Shown here: piece after piece, positions 1 to 10,153 of the stretch
How the letters are laid out: each line of letters starts with the position of its first letter
Position numbering within the stretch: the first letter of the stretch is position 1
Source: Rhabdothermincola salaria
Lineage (GTDB): Bacteria > Actinomycetota > Acidimicrobiia > Acidimicrobiales > Acidimicrobilacustridaceae
DNA length: 64,000 nucleotides
Assembly (NCBI RefSeq): GCF_021246445.1
Contig: NZ_JAJQXW010000002.1
Coordinates: forward strand, 248,001-312,000
Reading direction: 5' to 3'
Program-made: the position numbers and the translations under genes
Notes under the pieces: model-generated
What the model saw: the letters and a program-made list of their open reading frames with translations, nothing else
What the model was told of the DNA's origin: nothing
Database searches by the model: none

Positions 1-818
1 GCGGCCTGGATGGCGGCATGGCTCACGTCGACACTGGTCACCGAGGTGGCCCCTCCGGCGGCGGCGGCCAGGGAGAAGCCACCCGTGCAGGAGAAGACGT
101 CGAGCACCCTCGCACCGCCCGCCATGGAGCGCACCAGCTGGCGGTTGTCGCGCTGGTCGAGGAAGTAGCCGGTCTTCTGACCGGCGACGACGTCGGCTTC
201 GAGCACCAAGCCGTGCTCGCGGAAGGGCACCGGTGCCGCCGGCGGCGCCCCAACCAGCGTCGTGCCGTCGGTGAGCCCGGCCAGGTCCCGGCGCTGCAAC
301 GCACGGCTCAGCCGCAGGACCACCGCCTCGGGACCCATCAGGTCCACCAGCGCGTCGACGACGGTGCGCAGGTGCGGCAGCCACGCGGCGGAGTACAGCT
401 TGATCACCAGCACCGAGTCGTAGCGGTCGACCACCAGGCCCGGGAAGCCGTCGTTCTCGCCGTGCACGAGGCGGAGCCCGGACGTGTCGGGTGAGGCCAA
501 GAGCGGTGCACGGCGCTCGATGGCGTCCGCCAGCCGTCGGTGCCACCACTGCGGGGTGATCGTCTCGGGTTCGCCGTGGTGGAGCACCCGCACGCGGATC
601 GGCGAGTCCGGGTCGTAGAGCCCGATGGCCTGGAACCGGCGCTGACGGTCGAACACCACGGCCAGATCGCCCATCTGGCCCTCCCCGCCGGTCGAGGTGA
701 TCGACGCCTCGAAGACCCAGGGGTGGCCGCGCCGGACGTGGCGGCGGGCGTCGTCGTTCACCCGGACCGCCAGCCGCCGCTCGTTGGGTCGGGGCAGCCG
801 ATCCAGCACGTCGCTCAT
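1..818 (-). CDS. RlmI/RlmK-type class I SAM-dependent rRNA methyltransferase with N-terminal PUA domain (runs off window)
   Basis: Not in the ORF track. Manual translation from ATG 818: MSDVLDRLPRPNERRLAVRV...RRGHPWVF...VHGENDGFPGLVVDRY...GQKTGYFLDQRDNR...RVLDVFSCTGGFS, which are RlmI-family motifs. Confidence 0.9.
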   Translation of the reverse strand, partial: MSDVLDRLPRPNERRLAVRVNDDARRHVRRGHPWVFEASITSTGGEGQMGDLAVVFDRQRRFQAIGLYDPDSPIRVRVLHHGEPETITPQWWHRRLADAIERRAPLLASPDTSGLRLVHGENDGFPGLVVDRYDSVLVIKLYSAAWLPHLRTVVDALVDLMGPEAVVLRLSRALQRRDLAGLTDGTTLVGAPPAAPVPFREHGLVLEADVVAGQKTGYFLDQRDNRQLVRSMAGGARVLDVFSCTGGFSLAAAAGGATSVTSVDVSHAAIQA

Positions 819-899
819 GGGTGCCCCACGGTAGGCCCAGGCGGCCCGCAATCTCACCTGTCGATCGGTGATGGGCACTGCCGACGGGCGCGACGCGAC

Positions 900-1196
900 C
901 TACCCGGGGCGAGGGGAGCCCGCGGAGCGGGGTCGCGCGTCGGACGGCGCCGCACCCGACGGCGTCGCGACCTCGGGCGGGCCGTGGCCGTTCGGGTAGA
1001 TGGAGCGCGTCTCGGAACGCCGGCCGTGCTGCTTCACGACATCGCTCAGGTAGAGCTTCGGAAGGATCTTGAAGATCGAGAGCGAGACGTAGAGGATCGT
1101 GTTGATCGCCACGAAGGTCGACAGCACCGCGAACCAGTGCGTCTCGATCAGGGACTCGGGGAGGACCGTGGCGCTGACCAGCGTCGCGAGGCTCAT
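900..1196 (-). CDS. Small membrane protein (98 aa), translationally coupled to the GT2 gene
   Basis: ATG 1196 overlaps the GT2 stop (ATGA); hydrophobic segment WFAVLSTFVAINTILYVSLSIF. Confidence 0.7.
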   Translation of the reverse strand: MSLATLVSATVLPESLIETHWFAVLSTFVAINTILYVSLSIFKILPKLYLSDVVKQHGRRSETRSIYPNGHGPPEVATPSGAAPSDARPRSAGSPRPG

Positions 1197-2710
1197 GCCG
1201 CCACCGCCTCGTCGACCTCGAGCGCCTCGGGCGACCCGGCCGCCTCGTGGGGCACGTGACCCCACTCGGCCCGGCGGGCGAAGGTGATGTCGAGCACACC
1301 CTTGACGTAGACCACATCGAGGAAGAGGTCGTAGAGCAGCTCCGGGAGCAACAGAGCGGCGAGCAGGCGCGCCCGCCAACCCCCGGACCACACGCTGATC
1401 ACCCGGTCGATCACGAAGATCCCACCGATGCCGAGCCAGAACGGGTACCAGACCCAGTTGGGAGTGGCCAGGGCGGCGATGCCGAGGAGCACCCAGAACG
1501 CCGTCAGGGCGATGACGCTGTAGCCGATGCCCAGCTGTTGGGCCCAGTACCGCACGAGGGAGGGCTTGAACCCATAGGCCCCGAGGTTCTCCAGGGCACC
1601 GCGCTGCCAGCGCAGCCGTTGGTTCCACAGGTGGCGCCACTTGGGCATCAGCTCGGTGACCACCCGGCAACCGTGGGGGCTGGTCATGAGCGCACCGAGG
1701 CTCTTGAGAGCGAGGGTCAGCTCGTTGTCCTCGGTGAGGGCGGCCGTGTCGTAGACGTCGCCGGGCGTCCCCGGGATCAGCGTGCCGCGGGAACGAGCCA
1801 CCTCGCGCAAGCCGGCGGACCGGAAGATCGAGGCGGTGCCGGTGAGCACGTACACCCGACCCCGGCGTCGTTCGAGCTCGCGGCTGTAGCGGACGTACTC
1901 GTTGCGCTGGAACTGGGCGAGAAGCCCGCCGGTGTCATCGCCGTAGAACAGGCCCCCGATGCTCATGATGGCTCGGTCGTCGGTGAGGCGCTGCACGGCG
2001 ACCTCCAGGAAGCCGGGGTCGAGGATCGTGTCGGCGTCGACGACCATGACGCAGTCGTTGTCGCCGAGGTCGTCCAGCAGCTCGGCGAGCGCCTGGTTGA
2101 GCGCCCCGGCCTTCTTCTCGGTGTTGCCGACGGTCTCGAAGACTTCGACGCCGTGGCGACGGGCGACCGACACCGTGTCGTCGCTGCAGTTGTCGGCGAC
2201 CACGATGACCCGCTCCGGAGGCCGGCTCTGTTCGAACAGCGACACGAGGGTCGCACCGATCGAGGCCTCCTCGTTGTGAGCCGGAACCAGCACCGTGATG
2301 GTGACCGGCCCGGCGTACACGCCTCGGTTGCCGGCCATGATGGTCCGAGGGGCGAGCGGGCGGCGGGAGCCGTCGGTGGAACGTCGTGAACGATCGGTGA
2401 CGACGCGCTCGGCGATGGCGATGCCGATCGCGGCGAGCACCGCCAGGCCGAACGACGTGGCGATGAGCGGGAACGACGGGGCGGCCGTGTCGTAGAGCAC
2501 GTTCCAGGCGTCGAGCACGACGCCTTCCTCGGGCACACCGACGGGCCGGGGGTCTCCCACCGACACCACCAGCCAGAGCAATCCGGCGGCGCACAGCACG
2601 ACGACCGAGACGAAGATGCCGACGCCCCGACCGAGGCCGGCGCTTCCGGCGCGACCCTCGGCGTGCTCCGGTGCTGCTGAGTTGGGTGCATCCGCCGTTC
2701 GAACCTTCAC
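1193..2710 (-). CDS. Processive family 2 glycosyltransferase (PgaC/IcaA-like)
   Basis: VPAHNEE, ADNCSD, DADT (DxD), LTEDNE and QRLRW (QxxRW) motifs; N- and C-terminal TM helices. Confidence 0.9.
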   Translation of the reverse strand: MKVRTADAPNSAAPEHAEGRAGSAGLGRGVGIFVSVVVLCAAGLLWLVVSVGDPRPVGVPEEGVVLDAWNVLYDTAAPSFPLIATSFGLAVLAAIGIAIAERVVTDRSRRSTDGSRRPLAPRTIMAGNRGVYAGPVTITVLVPAHNEEASIGATLVSLFEQSRPPERVIVVADNCSDDTVSVARRHGVEVFETVGNTEKKAGALNQALAELLDDLGDNDCVMVVDADTILDPGFLEVAVQRLTDDRAIMSIGGLFYGDDTGGLLAQFQRNEYVRYSRELERRRGRVYVLTGTASIFRSAGLREVARSRGTLIPGTPGDVYDTAALTEDNELTLALKSLGALMTSPHGCRVVTELMPKWRHLWNQRLRWQRGALENLGAYGFKPSLVRYWAQQLGIGYSVIALTAFWVLLGIAALATPNWVWYPFWLGIGGIFVIDRVISVWSGGWRARLLAALLLPELLYDLFLDVVYVKGVLDITFARRAEWGHVPHEAAGSPEALEVDEAVAA

Positions 2711-2756
2711 CCCTCAGGTATCGACGCGAACGGCGCCGAACTGGACCCCCGGCGCG

Positions 2757-3359
2757 CTACGAGATGGCCCGGTAGCCGTCGCTGGTGGCTTCGCGGACGG
2801 GATCGCTGCCGTCCCAGGTGCGACCGGCCTCGGCGACCTGGGTGAGGTGGGCCACGAAGCTGTCCGTGCGTCCGGCCACCTCGGTGAAGAAGCCGAACTC
2901 GGCGACCGTGTCGACGTAGGCCACGGGTGGCGCGCCGTCGACGAGGAACTCGCAGGCGATCTCGAGGCCCTTCGAGCGGTAGCCGTCGAGCGTCTCGTCG
3001 TAGTCGTCGACCAGGGTGCACACCTGGTGGAACGTCGCCCTCCCGGCGAGCTCGAGCTCCCGGTACACCGACCCGCGATCGCAGAGCTGCGCGATGAGCT
3101 CGATCTGCACGGGGCCCGCCTGGGCCACGGCGAGCTCCATGGAGACCGCCGAGGGCGCACCCCGGTAGGTGCACGGTGCGTCGTGGATCCGTTGGACGTA
3201 GAACGGTCCGACACCGAAGGACTCGGACCAACGCCGGGCGGCCGCGACCACGTCGTCGACGATGAACCCCAGCTGGAAGAACCGGTACTCGCCCTCCGGC
3301 CAGTCCTGCTGGAACAGGAGAGGCGGCCGGCCAGCTGTGAGGCCGTGGGTGTCGCTCAT
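2757..3359 (-). CDS. VOC (glyoxalase/methylmalonyl-CoA epimerase-like) family protein
   Basis: FQLGFIVDD, VQIELI, FHQVC motifs; AGGAG RBS before ATG 3359. Confidence 0.8.
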   Translation of the reverse strand: MSDTHGLTAGRPPLLFQQDWPEGEYRFFQLGFIVDDVVAAARRWSESFGVGPFYVQRIHDAPCTYRGAPSAVSMELAVAQAGPVQIELIAQLCDRGSVYRELELAGRATFHQVCTLVDDYDETLDGYRSKGLEIACEFLVDGAPPVAYVDTVAEFGFFTEVAGRTDSFVAHLTQVAEAGRTWDGSDPVREATSDGYRAIS

Positions 3360-3546
3360 CGAGGTGCTCTCCTGGTCGAGGGGTGATGTCAGGGGGCGTC
3401 GCGGCGGCGATGCCACGGATGCGGCCCCAGCCTCGCGGATCTGGGCGACCGCTCGCGCCCGTCACGGACCGGTCGAGACGAGGGCCCGACACCGGACCGA
3501 GGTTCTGGGGTAGGTGTCGGTCGGTGCCGGACGCGACGGGAGGACC

Positions 3547-4110
3547 ATGACTGCCAACTGGGGGCGCTCCAGAGCTCTGCTCGCGGTGGAGCTGGTGGGC
3601 TTCATCGCCCTCACCACGATCGTCGTGTCCGCCCTCGGGGCCTTGGTGATCATGTCGCTCACCGGCAGCGACGACGGGGCCGATGACGAGATCGAGCTCG
3701 TCGCACCGGACGCCCAGAGCTACGAGAGCGCCACCGCGCTGGTGGCGGCGTTGGCCGAGTCGGGCCACGAGTGCGCCGACCTGGAGCCGACCCAGTACGA
3801 GCTACCCGAAGACGTCGAGGACACCGTCGTCGACGCCGGCACCTGCGGCTACGGGTACCTGCCGCTGCACGTGCTGGTGTACGACGACGCTCAGGCCCGG
3901 GCTGCCGCTCGACTCGACGGCGCCCTCCGAGAGCGCCTGTGCGGAGCAGTGCCCGAGGCCACGAGCTGGTCGACGGTGACCGGCGCCAACTGGCGGGTGT
4001 CGACCCCTGTCGAGGGATTCGACCTCACGCTGCTGCGCGACGACTTCGACTCCCGAGCCGCGGTGCAGACCGTGACGTGCGGACCGGCAGACCCGTCGAG
4101 CGGATCGTGA
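3547..4110 (+). CDS. Hypothetical membrane-anchored protein with acidic, Cys-containing extracytoplasmic domain
   Basis: GGAGG RBS, N-terminal TM helix, 4 Cys. Confidence 0.6.
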   Translation: MTANWGRSRALLAVELVGFIALTTIVVSALGALVIMSLTGSDDGADDEIELVAPDAQSYESATALVAALAESGHECADLEPTQYELPEDVEDTVVDAGTCGYGYLPLHVLVYDDAQARAAARLDGALRERLCGAVPEATSWSTVTGANWRVSTPVEGFDLTLLRDDFDSRAAVQTVTCGPADPSSGS

Positions 4111-4291
4111 TCCCATCGACGGTTCGACTCCCGCTCAGCCCGAACTGCTCGAGACCGCATCTCCTGCACCTCCGGGCCCACCTCCAACGCACCGCCGACC
4201 TCCCGTCAGGCGTTGCGAGAGGGGGCGAGGGCGCGACCTGTGCACTTAGTCTTCACGAGAAGTGAGGAGTTCGAAGAGGAAGGGGGACGGA

Positions 4292-6019
4292 GTGCTCGAC
4301 ACGCTGATCGTGGGTGCCACCGTGGTGGACGGCACCGGCACGCCGCCGTTCCGTGGAGACGTGGGCCTGCGCGACGGGCGGATCGTCGGGATCGACGAGC
4401 CCGGCGCCATCGACGAACCAGCCGCCTCGCGCATCGAGGCCGACGGCCTGATGGTGTGCCCGGGCTTCGTGGACCCTCACACCCACTACGACGCCCAGCT
4501 GTTGTGGGACGGCAGCGCCTCACCCTCGGGCGAGCACGGGGTGACCACGGTCGTGGGCGGCAACTGCAGCTTCGGGTTGGCGCCGCTCGATCCCTCCGAT
4601 GCGACCTACACCCGCCGCCTGCTGGCCAAGGTCGAAGGCATGCCCGACCAGGCGCTGGCCGCCGGCGCCGACTGGTCATGGGACAGCTTCGACGCCTACC
4701 TGAGCCGCTTCGAGGGGGCCCTGTCGGTCAACGCCGCGTTCCTGGTCGGCCACTCCACCCTTCGCCGGCTCGAGCTCGGCTCCGAGGCGAACGACCGGGC
4801 CGCCACCCCTGCGGAGCTCGACCGCCTCCGCTCCCGACTGGCCGCTGCGCTGGCGGAGGGCGCACTGGGGCTCTCGCTCGACGTGTCCGACTTCCACAGC
4901 GACGGAGACGACCGACCGGTCCCTGCCCGTGGCGCCGACGTCGCCGAGCTGCTGGCGTTGTGCCAGACCGTGGGCGAGCACCCCGGCACCACGCTCGAGG
5001 GCATCTTCGCCGGGGCCAGCACCGGCTTCGACCAGGCCGAGGCCGAGCTGGTCGCGTCGCTCTCGGCAGCCGCGGGTCGACCGCTCAACTGGAACCTCCT
5101 CGTCGTCGACGCCGCCGCCCCGGAACGGATCGACGCCCACCTGCTGCCGTCGCGGCTCGCCCGGGAACGGGGCGGCCGGGTCGTGGCGCTGACGATGCCG
5201 ACCATCGTGCCGATGAACATGAGCTTCGGGACCTACTGCGCGCTGAACCTGCTGCCCGGGTGGGGCGACGTCTTGAACCTGCCGGTGCCCGAGCGCACGG
5301 CCGCGCTCGCCGACCCGTCGGTCCGCCAGCGGATGCAGGCCGCGGCCACCGGCGACCTGGGGATGTTCACCCGGCTCGTCGACTTCGGTGGCTACCGGAT
5401 CGGCGACACGTTCAGCGACGCCAACCTCGGCCTCGGCGGCCGGCGCGTCGATGCCATCGCCGCCGAGCGCGGCGTCGGCGTCTTCGACTGCCTCGTCGAC
5501 ATCGTGCTGGCCGACGAGCTGCGGACCGTGTTGTGGCCGTCGCCGACGGACGACGACGACGTCTCCTGGGCCATGCGCCAGCAGCTCTGGCGCGACCCCG
5601 ACGTGCTCGTCGGGGGCAGCGATGCCGGCGCCCACCTCGACCGGATGTGCGGTGGGCCCTACCCGGCCCGCTTCCTGGCCGATGCGCTGCGAGGCCGCCA
5701 ACTGGTGGCGATCGAGGAGGCGGTGCGGATGCTCAGCGACGCGCCGGCCCGGTTGTTCGGCTTCGAAGGCCGGGGCCGCCTCGTGGCAGGCGCTCACGCC
5801 GACCTGGTGCTGTTCGATCCGGCCACCATCGATTCGGGGCCGGTGCACCTGGTGGACGACCTGCCCGGTGGGTTCCCTCGCCTGCACGCCCGTCCGGTCG
5901 GGATCGAGCGGGTGATGGTCGGGGGTGTGACCACCCAACGAGCCGGCCGAGCGACCGGCGCGACACCAGCCAGGGTGCTGCGCTCCGGCCGAGACACCAC
6001 GACGGTCTCGACCCGCTGA
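4292..6019 (+). CDS. N-acyl-D-amino-acid deacylase family amidohydrolase
   Basis: PGFVDPHTHYD, VGGNC, GSDAGAH, ADLVLFDP motifs. Confidence 0.9.
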   Translation: MLDTLIVGATVVDGTGTPPFRGDVGLRDGRIVGIDEPGAIDEPAASRIEADGLMVCPGFVDPHTHYDAQLLWDGSASPSGEHGVTTVVGGNCSFGLAPLDPSDATYTRRLLAKVEGMPDQALAAGADWSWDSFDAYLSRFEGALSVNAAFLVGHSTLRRLELGSEANDRAATPAELDRLRSRLAAALAEGALGLSLDVSDFHSDGDDRPVPARGADVAELLALCQTVGEHPGTTLEGIFAGASTGFDQAEAELVASLSAAAGRPLNWNLLVVDAAAPERIDAHLLPSRLARERGGRVVALTMPTIVPMNMSFGTYCALNLLPGWGDVLNLPVPERTAALADPSVRQRMQAAATGDLGMFTRLVDFGGYRIGDTFSDANLGLGGRRVDAIAAERGVGVFDCLVDIVLADELRTVLWPSPTDDDDVSWAMRQQLWRDPDVLVGGSDAGAHLDRMCGGPYPARFLADALRGRQLVAIEEAVRMLSDAPARLFGFEGRGRLVAGAHADLVLFDPATIDSGPVHLVDDLPGGFPRLHARPVGIERVMVGGVTTQRAGRATGATPARVLRSGRDTTTVSTR

Positions 6020-6036
6020 CCCCGGCCGTCAGGGGC

Positions 6037-6849
6037 TCAGCGTTGCCCGTCCTTCATGGCCCCGAGGCCGGCGATGGAGGGCATGCCCCCGGTGAGCACC
6101 CGCGCCCGGACGTGGCCGAGGTGGTGCATGTCGAAGATGGCGTCCATGGCCGTCGTGTAGCCCTGCACGTCGACCGCGTGGTTCACGGCCTTCTTGGCCA
6201 TCCGCAACGCGAACGCATCCTGCCGGGCGATGCGGTTCGCCATCTCCATGGTGGCCGGCACCAGGTCGTCGAGTGGGACGACCTTGTTCACCATGCCCAG
6301 CTCGCGGGCCTCCTCGGCGGTGATCGACCCACCGGTGAAGAGCAGCTCCTTGGCCTTGCGGGGCCCGAACTCCCAGGTGTGGGCGTGCATCTCCACCCCG
6401 CAGATGCCCATCATCAGCACCGGGTCGGAGAACTGGGCGTTGTCGGCGGCGATGATCAGGTCGCACGGCCAGCACAACATCAGCCCGGCGGCGATGCACT
6501 TGCCCTGCACCGCGGCGATCGACGGCTTGGGCACCTGCCGCCACGACTTGGCGAAGTGGTAGTAGTTCCGCGTCTCCCAGTCGTACTGGCCCTCCGGGGT
6601 GAGGAAGGGCTCGTCGAGCGCAGTGGGATCGTCGTCGTTGGTCGCTGACATGTCGTGGCCGGCGGAGAAGTGCTTGCCCACGCTCTTGAGCACGATCACC
6701 TTGACCCGGGTGTCCTCGTCGGCCTGGCGCCAGGCCCAGTCGAGCTCGTCGAGCACCTTGGCGCTCTGGGCGTTGGCCGCCTCCGGACGGTTCAACGTGA
6801 TGACGCCGACCTGGCCCTCTACGTCGTAGTCCACGTGGTCCAGCTGCAT
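6037..6849 (-). CDS. Enoyl-CoA hydratase/isomerase (EchA13-like)
   Basis: LNRPEAANA, FSAGHD, AAGLMLCWPCD crotonase motifs. Confidence 0.9.
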   Translation of the reverse strand: MQLDHVDYDVEGQVGVITLNRPEAANAQSAKVLDELDWAWRQADEDTRVKVIVLKSVGKHFSAGHDMSATNDDDPTALDEPFLTPEGQYDWETRNYYHFAKSWRQVPKPSIAAVQGKCIAAGLMLCWPCDLIIAADNAQFSDPVLMMGICGVEMHAHTWEFGPRKAKELLFTGGSITAEEARELGMVNKVVPLDDLVPATMEMANRIARQDAFALRMAKKAVNHAVDVQGYTTAMDAIFDMHHLGHVRARVLTGGMPSIAGLGAMKDGQR

Positions 6850-6945
6850 CCGAGAACCCCTTCCTGACGGCACCGACGGCTCGCGCGTCGGTTCCGACGG
6901 TAGTCGTGCGGCCCAGGATCCAGCCCGACCCGACCCGAGCGGGGA

Positions 6946-7785
6946 TCAGGAGCCGGACACCAGCCGATCGCCGGGCAACGGGCGATCGCCGTAGAGGCGG
7001 GCCTGGTAGCGGCGCATGCCCGCCAACCACCGGTCGATGTCGTCGCTCTTCTGCTTCACGTAGTCGGCCACCTCGGGGTGTGGGAGCACCCAGAAGCGCT
7101 CGGCGGCGATGGCCTCGACGCAGAGCCGAGCCACGGCGTCGGCCTCCACGACACCGTCGGCGAGCGGCACCCCCAGCGGGTCGTCGGCCGCCGCGTTGGA
7201 AACCCGGACGTCCGGACTGTTGGCCGTGATGTTGGTCCGCACCGCCTGAGGGCACAGGACCGACACGCGGATCCCCTGGTGGTGGTGGGTGATGGACAGC
7301 CACTCGGCCAGCGCCACCGCGGCGTGCTTGGTGATCGTGTAGCCGAGCGAGCCGATCTGGGTCAGCAGGCCGGCGGCCGACGCCGTGTTGAGCAGGTACC
7401 CCTCGCCTCGGTCGATCATCGACGGCAACACAGCCCGGGCGGCATGGATGTGGGACATCACGTGCACGTCCCACATCGCCTGGAGGACCTCGTCGGACTC
7501 CTCGACCCCGGCCTGGGTCACGAACCCGGCGTTCGAGCAGAACAGGTCGATGCCCCCGTGCGCCGACTCGGTCGAGCGCACCAGCTCCACGATGGCCTCC
7601 TCGTCACGGACGTCGATCGTCGTCGCCGTCCCGCCGATGGCGTCCGCCACCGACGCGGCGGCGTCGCCGTCGCGATCAGCCACCACGACGTGGCGGGCGC
7701 CGGCCTCGGTCGCCGTCACGGCCATCGCCGCCCCGATGCCCGAGCCCCCACCGGTGACCACCACGACCTTGTCGATCAGATCCAT
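6946..7785 (-). CDS. SDR family oxidoreductase
   Basis: TGGGSGIG, SNAG, YTITK. Confidence 0.92.
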   Translation of the reverse strand: MDLIDKVVVVTGGGSGIGAAMAVTATEAGARHVVVADRDGDAAASVADAIGGTATTIDVRDEEAIVELVRSTESAHGGIDLFCSNAGFVTQAGVEESDEVLQAMWDVHVMSHIHAARAVLPSMIDRGEGYLLNTASAAGLLTQIGSLGYTITKHAAVALAEWLSITHHHQGIRVSVLCPQAVRTNITANSPDVRVSNAAADDPLGVPLADGVVEADAVARLCVEAIAAERFWVLPHPEVADYVKQKSDDIDRWLAGMRRYQARLYGDRPLPGDRLVSGS

Positions 7786-7990
7786 GCGCTCACGCTAGGC
7801 ACGAGAGAGGTCGCGACTCGCCCGCGCACCCCCATCGGGACCTGGCACCCGTCACCCGCCCGCCCGCCCGAACGTCCGGCTGGCCTCGACCGAGTTCTGA
7901 GGGCGTAGGTCACTGCCAGACCGGAACGGAAGGCGACTGCGGTCGCCGAGGCCGAGACCCGCTCCGCCATGGGCCGCCAGTAGGCCCGTC

Positions 7991-8482
7991 TCAGAGCGTG
8001 CGGCGCACGATCCGTTCCAGCGCGTCCGTCACGGCGCGAACGCCGCCCAGGGCCGGCAGGACCCCCCGGCGCGCGGTCACGACCCAGACCGTCCGCACCT
8101 GACGGGGCAGGTGCCCGCCGGCGCTATCGGGGTCGTCGTCGGAGACGTCCTCGTGGCCTGCGGACGCACCGGACGCTTCGGACGCACGCCCCCTCCCCCG
8201 GGACGGCGCATCCGCCGACCGGGCCTCTCCGTCGTCCGACCGGGCCTCTGCGGCGTCCGACCCGACCCCTCCGTCGTCGGACGGAACCTCGGGCGGGATG
8301 CCGAACTTGGCCGCGAAGTCGTCGAGCGGCGGCTGGTCCTGCTCCTCGGCCGGGTGGTGGCCGGGCCGGTTCTCCTCGGGCTCGGGGCCCAGGTGGTCGG
8401 GCGACGGCTCGGGCACCGAGCGGGCGAGGCTGTCGGGCGCGGGACCCGTGCGGGGCGGGCGTGACTGCTCAGGGGTGGCCAT
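7991..8482 (-). CDS. Hypothetical acidic, Pro-rich protein
   Basis: 163-aa ORF filling the intergenic space; GGGTA box upstream. Confidence 0.55.
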   Translation of the reverse strand: MATPEQSRPPRTGPAPDSLARSVPEPSPDHLGPEPEENRPGHHPAEEQDQPPLDDFAAKFGIPPEVPSDDGGVGSDAAEARSDDGEARSADAPSRGRGRASEASGASAGHEDVSDDDPDSAGGHLPRQVRTVWVVTARRGVLPALGGVRAVTDALERIVRRTL

Positions 8483-8515
8483 GCTCGCCCCCTACCCGGA
8501 AACGGTGCTCACCTG

Positions 8516-8659
8516 TCAGGTGAAGATCGACACACCGCCGGGCCCGACGAGGAACCCGATGATGATCAACGCGGCTCCCACCAACCACTGCCGCCGGACC
8601 AGCGACACGATGCCTGCGATCACCAGGATCACTGCGATGAGCCAGAGGATGAACGCCAC
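8516..8659 (-). CDS. GPGG-motif small membrane protein (47 aa)
   Basis: Below the ORF-track cut-off. GGAGG RBS + GTG; MAFILWLIAVILVIAGIVSLVRRQWLVGAALIIIGFLVGPGGVSIFT. Confidence 0.85.
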   Translation of the reverse strand: MAFILWLIAVILVIAGIVSLVRRQWLVGAALIIIGFLVGPGGVSIFT

Positions 8660-8776
8660 GAGACCGGCCTCCTGATCGACGACGAGAGCCTTCTCCTTCC
8701 CCGCGGACGGCCGGCGCAGTCCGACACCGCACGAGGCGACGGGGTGGCGAGTCTCTCTGGCTCGTTGCGCTCGACG

Positions 8777-10153
8777 TCAGGACAGCTCCTCGGCGGCGAC
8801 GGCCGGATCGAGGCTGACCTCGCCGATCGGCTCGCACTGGAGGGTGCCCTCCTCTGTCGGGTACTGCCGCTCGAAGACGCCACCGTTGAGCTGGAGGACG
8901 ACGAAGCACTCCTGAGGACCCTTGGGCCCCTTGGGCCCCATCATCCCGTCGGCGGTGAAGTCGTCGATGCTCATCGCCGCGTCGAGCAACGTGGCCCGGG
9001 TGATGGCGTTGGGGCCTTCCTCGGCCACGATCTGGTCGATCGCCTGCTTGAACAGCACGCCGGCCATCCAGGAGTTGGCGGCGAAGCCATCCGGTTCGGC
9101 GACGTGGTCGACGTAGGCCCCCAGCGTCTCGTTGTCGTCGGACTCCTCGATGGGAAGCGTCGTGAGGATGGTGTAGGTGCCGTCGACCAGATCTCCTTCG
9201 CTGGCGAACTTCTCGCTGTAGCAGATGGAGATGCACGCCCAGACGTCGACGCCGGTGACGCCCTGCGCCTCGGCCTCCTTGCGCATCATCACCATGGCCG
9301 GCACTTCCGAGCCGTTGTAGACGTAGTTGGCGCCCGACTCCTTGATGCGCTGCGCCACCGAGGTGAAGTCCGGCTGGGTGGCCCGACCGCTGACCTTGAT
9401 CCCACCCAGGATGTCGATGGACCCGGCCCGCTGGGCCTCGAGCAGGTAGGTGCCGCTGCGGATGAGCGACGGCAGGTCCTGGGGGACGAGGTAGTAGCCC
9501 TCGAGGGTGCCGCCGTGTTGCTCGTTGAGCCACTCGAACGGCGCGGTCTGCACCTGGAAGGTCCGCACGCCGCTCGTCGGAGAGCCACAAGGCTCGTTGA
9601 CGCCGCTGATGTTCCAGGTGGTGGCCGCGCACTGCTCGGCGGCGTCGTTGGCGATCGCCGCGAGGTTGGGCAGGCCGGTCGGCTGGCCGGACTGGTCGGC
9701 GCAGCTGTCGAGGGTGACGGTGTCGGGGTTGAACAGCGTGTTGCCCCCCACCATGGCCAGCGCGTTGGCGCACGCCGTGATCTGGGCGTTCTTGGCCTCG
9801 GCCGGGTCGAGACGGCTGTCGTAGGTCTCCACCACCAGGTCCCGGCAGGCGATGCCACCGTTGTCGTTGACCCACTCGGCGAAGCCCTCGACGGCGTCCA
9901 TGCTCGCCTGGAAGAGGCCCGGCGCCAACGGGGAGCCGACGTCGGCGGTGACCTGGATGCGGATCTCTTCCGCGGTGACGCCGATCTCGGTCGCCTCGAG
10001 CTCCACTCCTTCGCAGGCGTCGGCGGCGGCGTCGTCGGGCGAGCTGGACGTCGGGCCCGGGTCGACCGGGCCCGTGGCCTCGCCGCCACCGTCCCGGCCA
10101 CAGCCGGCGGCCACCATCACCACTGCCGCAGCGACGACAAGGATGCGCTTCAT
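8777..10153 (-). CDS. ABC transporter substrate-binding lipoprotein (type 1 PBP, branched-chain amino acid-like)
   Basis: Lipobox AAGC, IGVTAEEIRI, VNDNGGIACRDL. Confidence 0.85.
   Translation of the reverse strand: MKRILVVAAAVVMVAAGCGRDGGGEATGPVDPGPTSSSPDDAAADACEGVELEATEIGVTAEEIRIQVTADVGSPLAPGLFQASMDAVEGFAEWVNDNGGIACRDLVVETYDSRLDPAEAKNAQITACANALAMVGGNTLFNPDTVTLDSCADQSGQPTGLPNLAAIANDAAEQCAATTWNISGVNEPCGSPTSGVRTFQVQTAPFEWLNEQHGGTLEGYYLVPQDLPSLIRSGTYLLEAQRAGSIDILGGIKVSGRATQPDFTSVAQRIKESGANYVYNGSEVPAMVMMRKEAEAQGVTGVDVWACISICYSEKFASEGDLVDGTYTILTTLPIEESDDNETLGAYVDHVAEPDGFAANSWMAGVLFKQAIDQIVAEEGPNAITRATLLDAAMSIDDFTADGMMGPKGPKGPQECFVVLQLNGGVFERQYPTEEGTLQCEPIGEVSLDPAVAAEELS

Noticed and set aside
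4118..4136. GGTTCGACTCCC, resembling a tRNA T-loop
   Set aside because: The T-stem does not pair and no cloverleaf can be built
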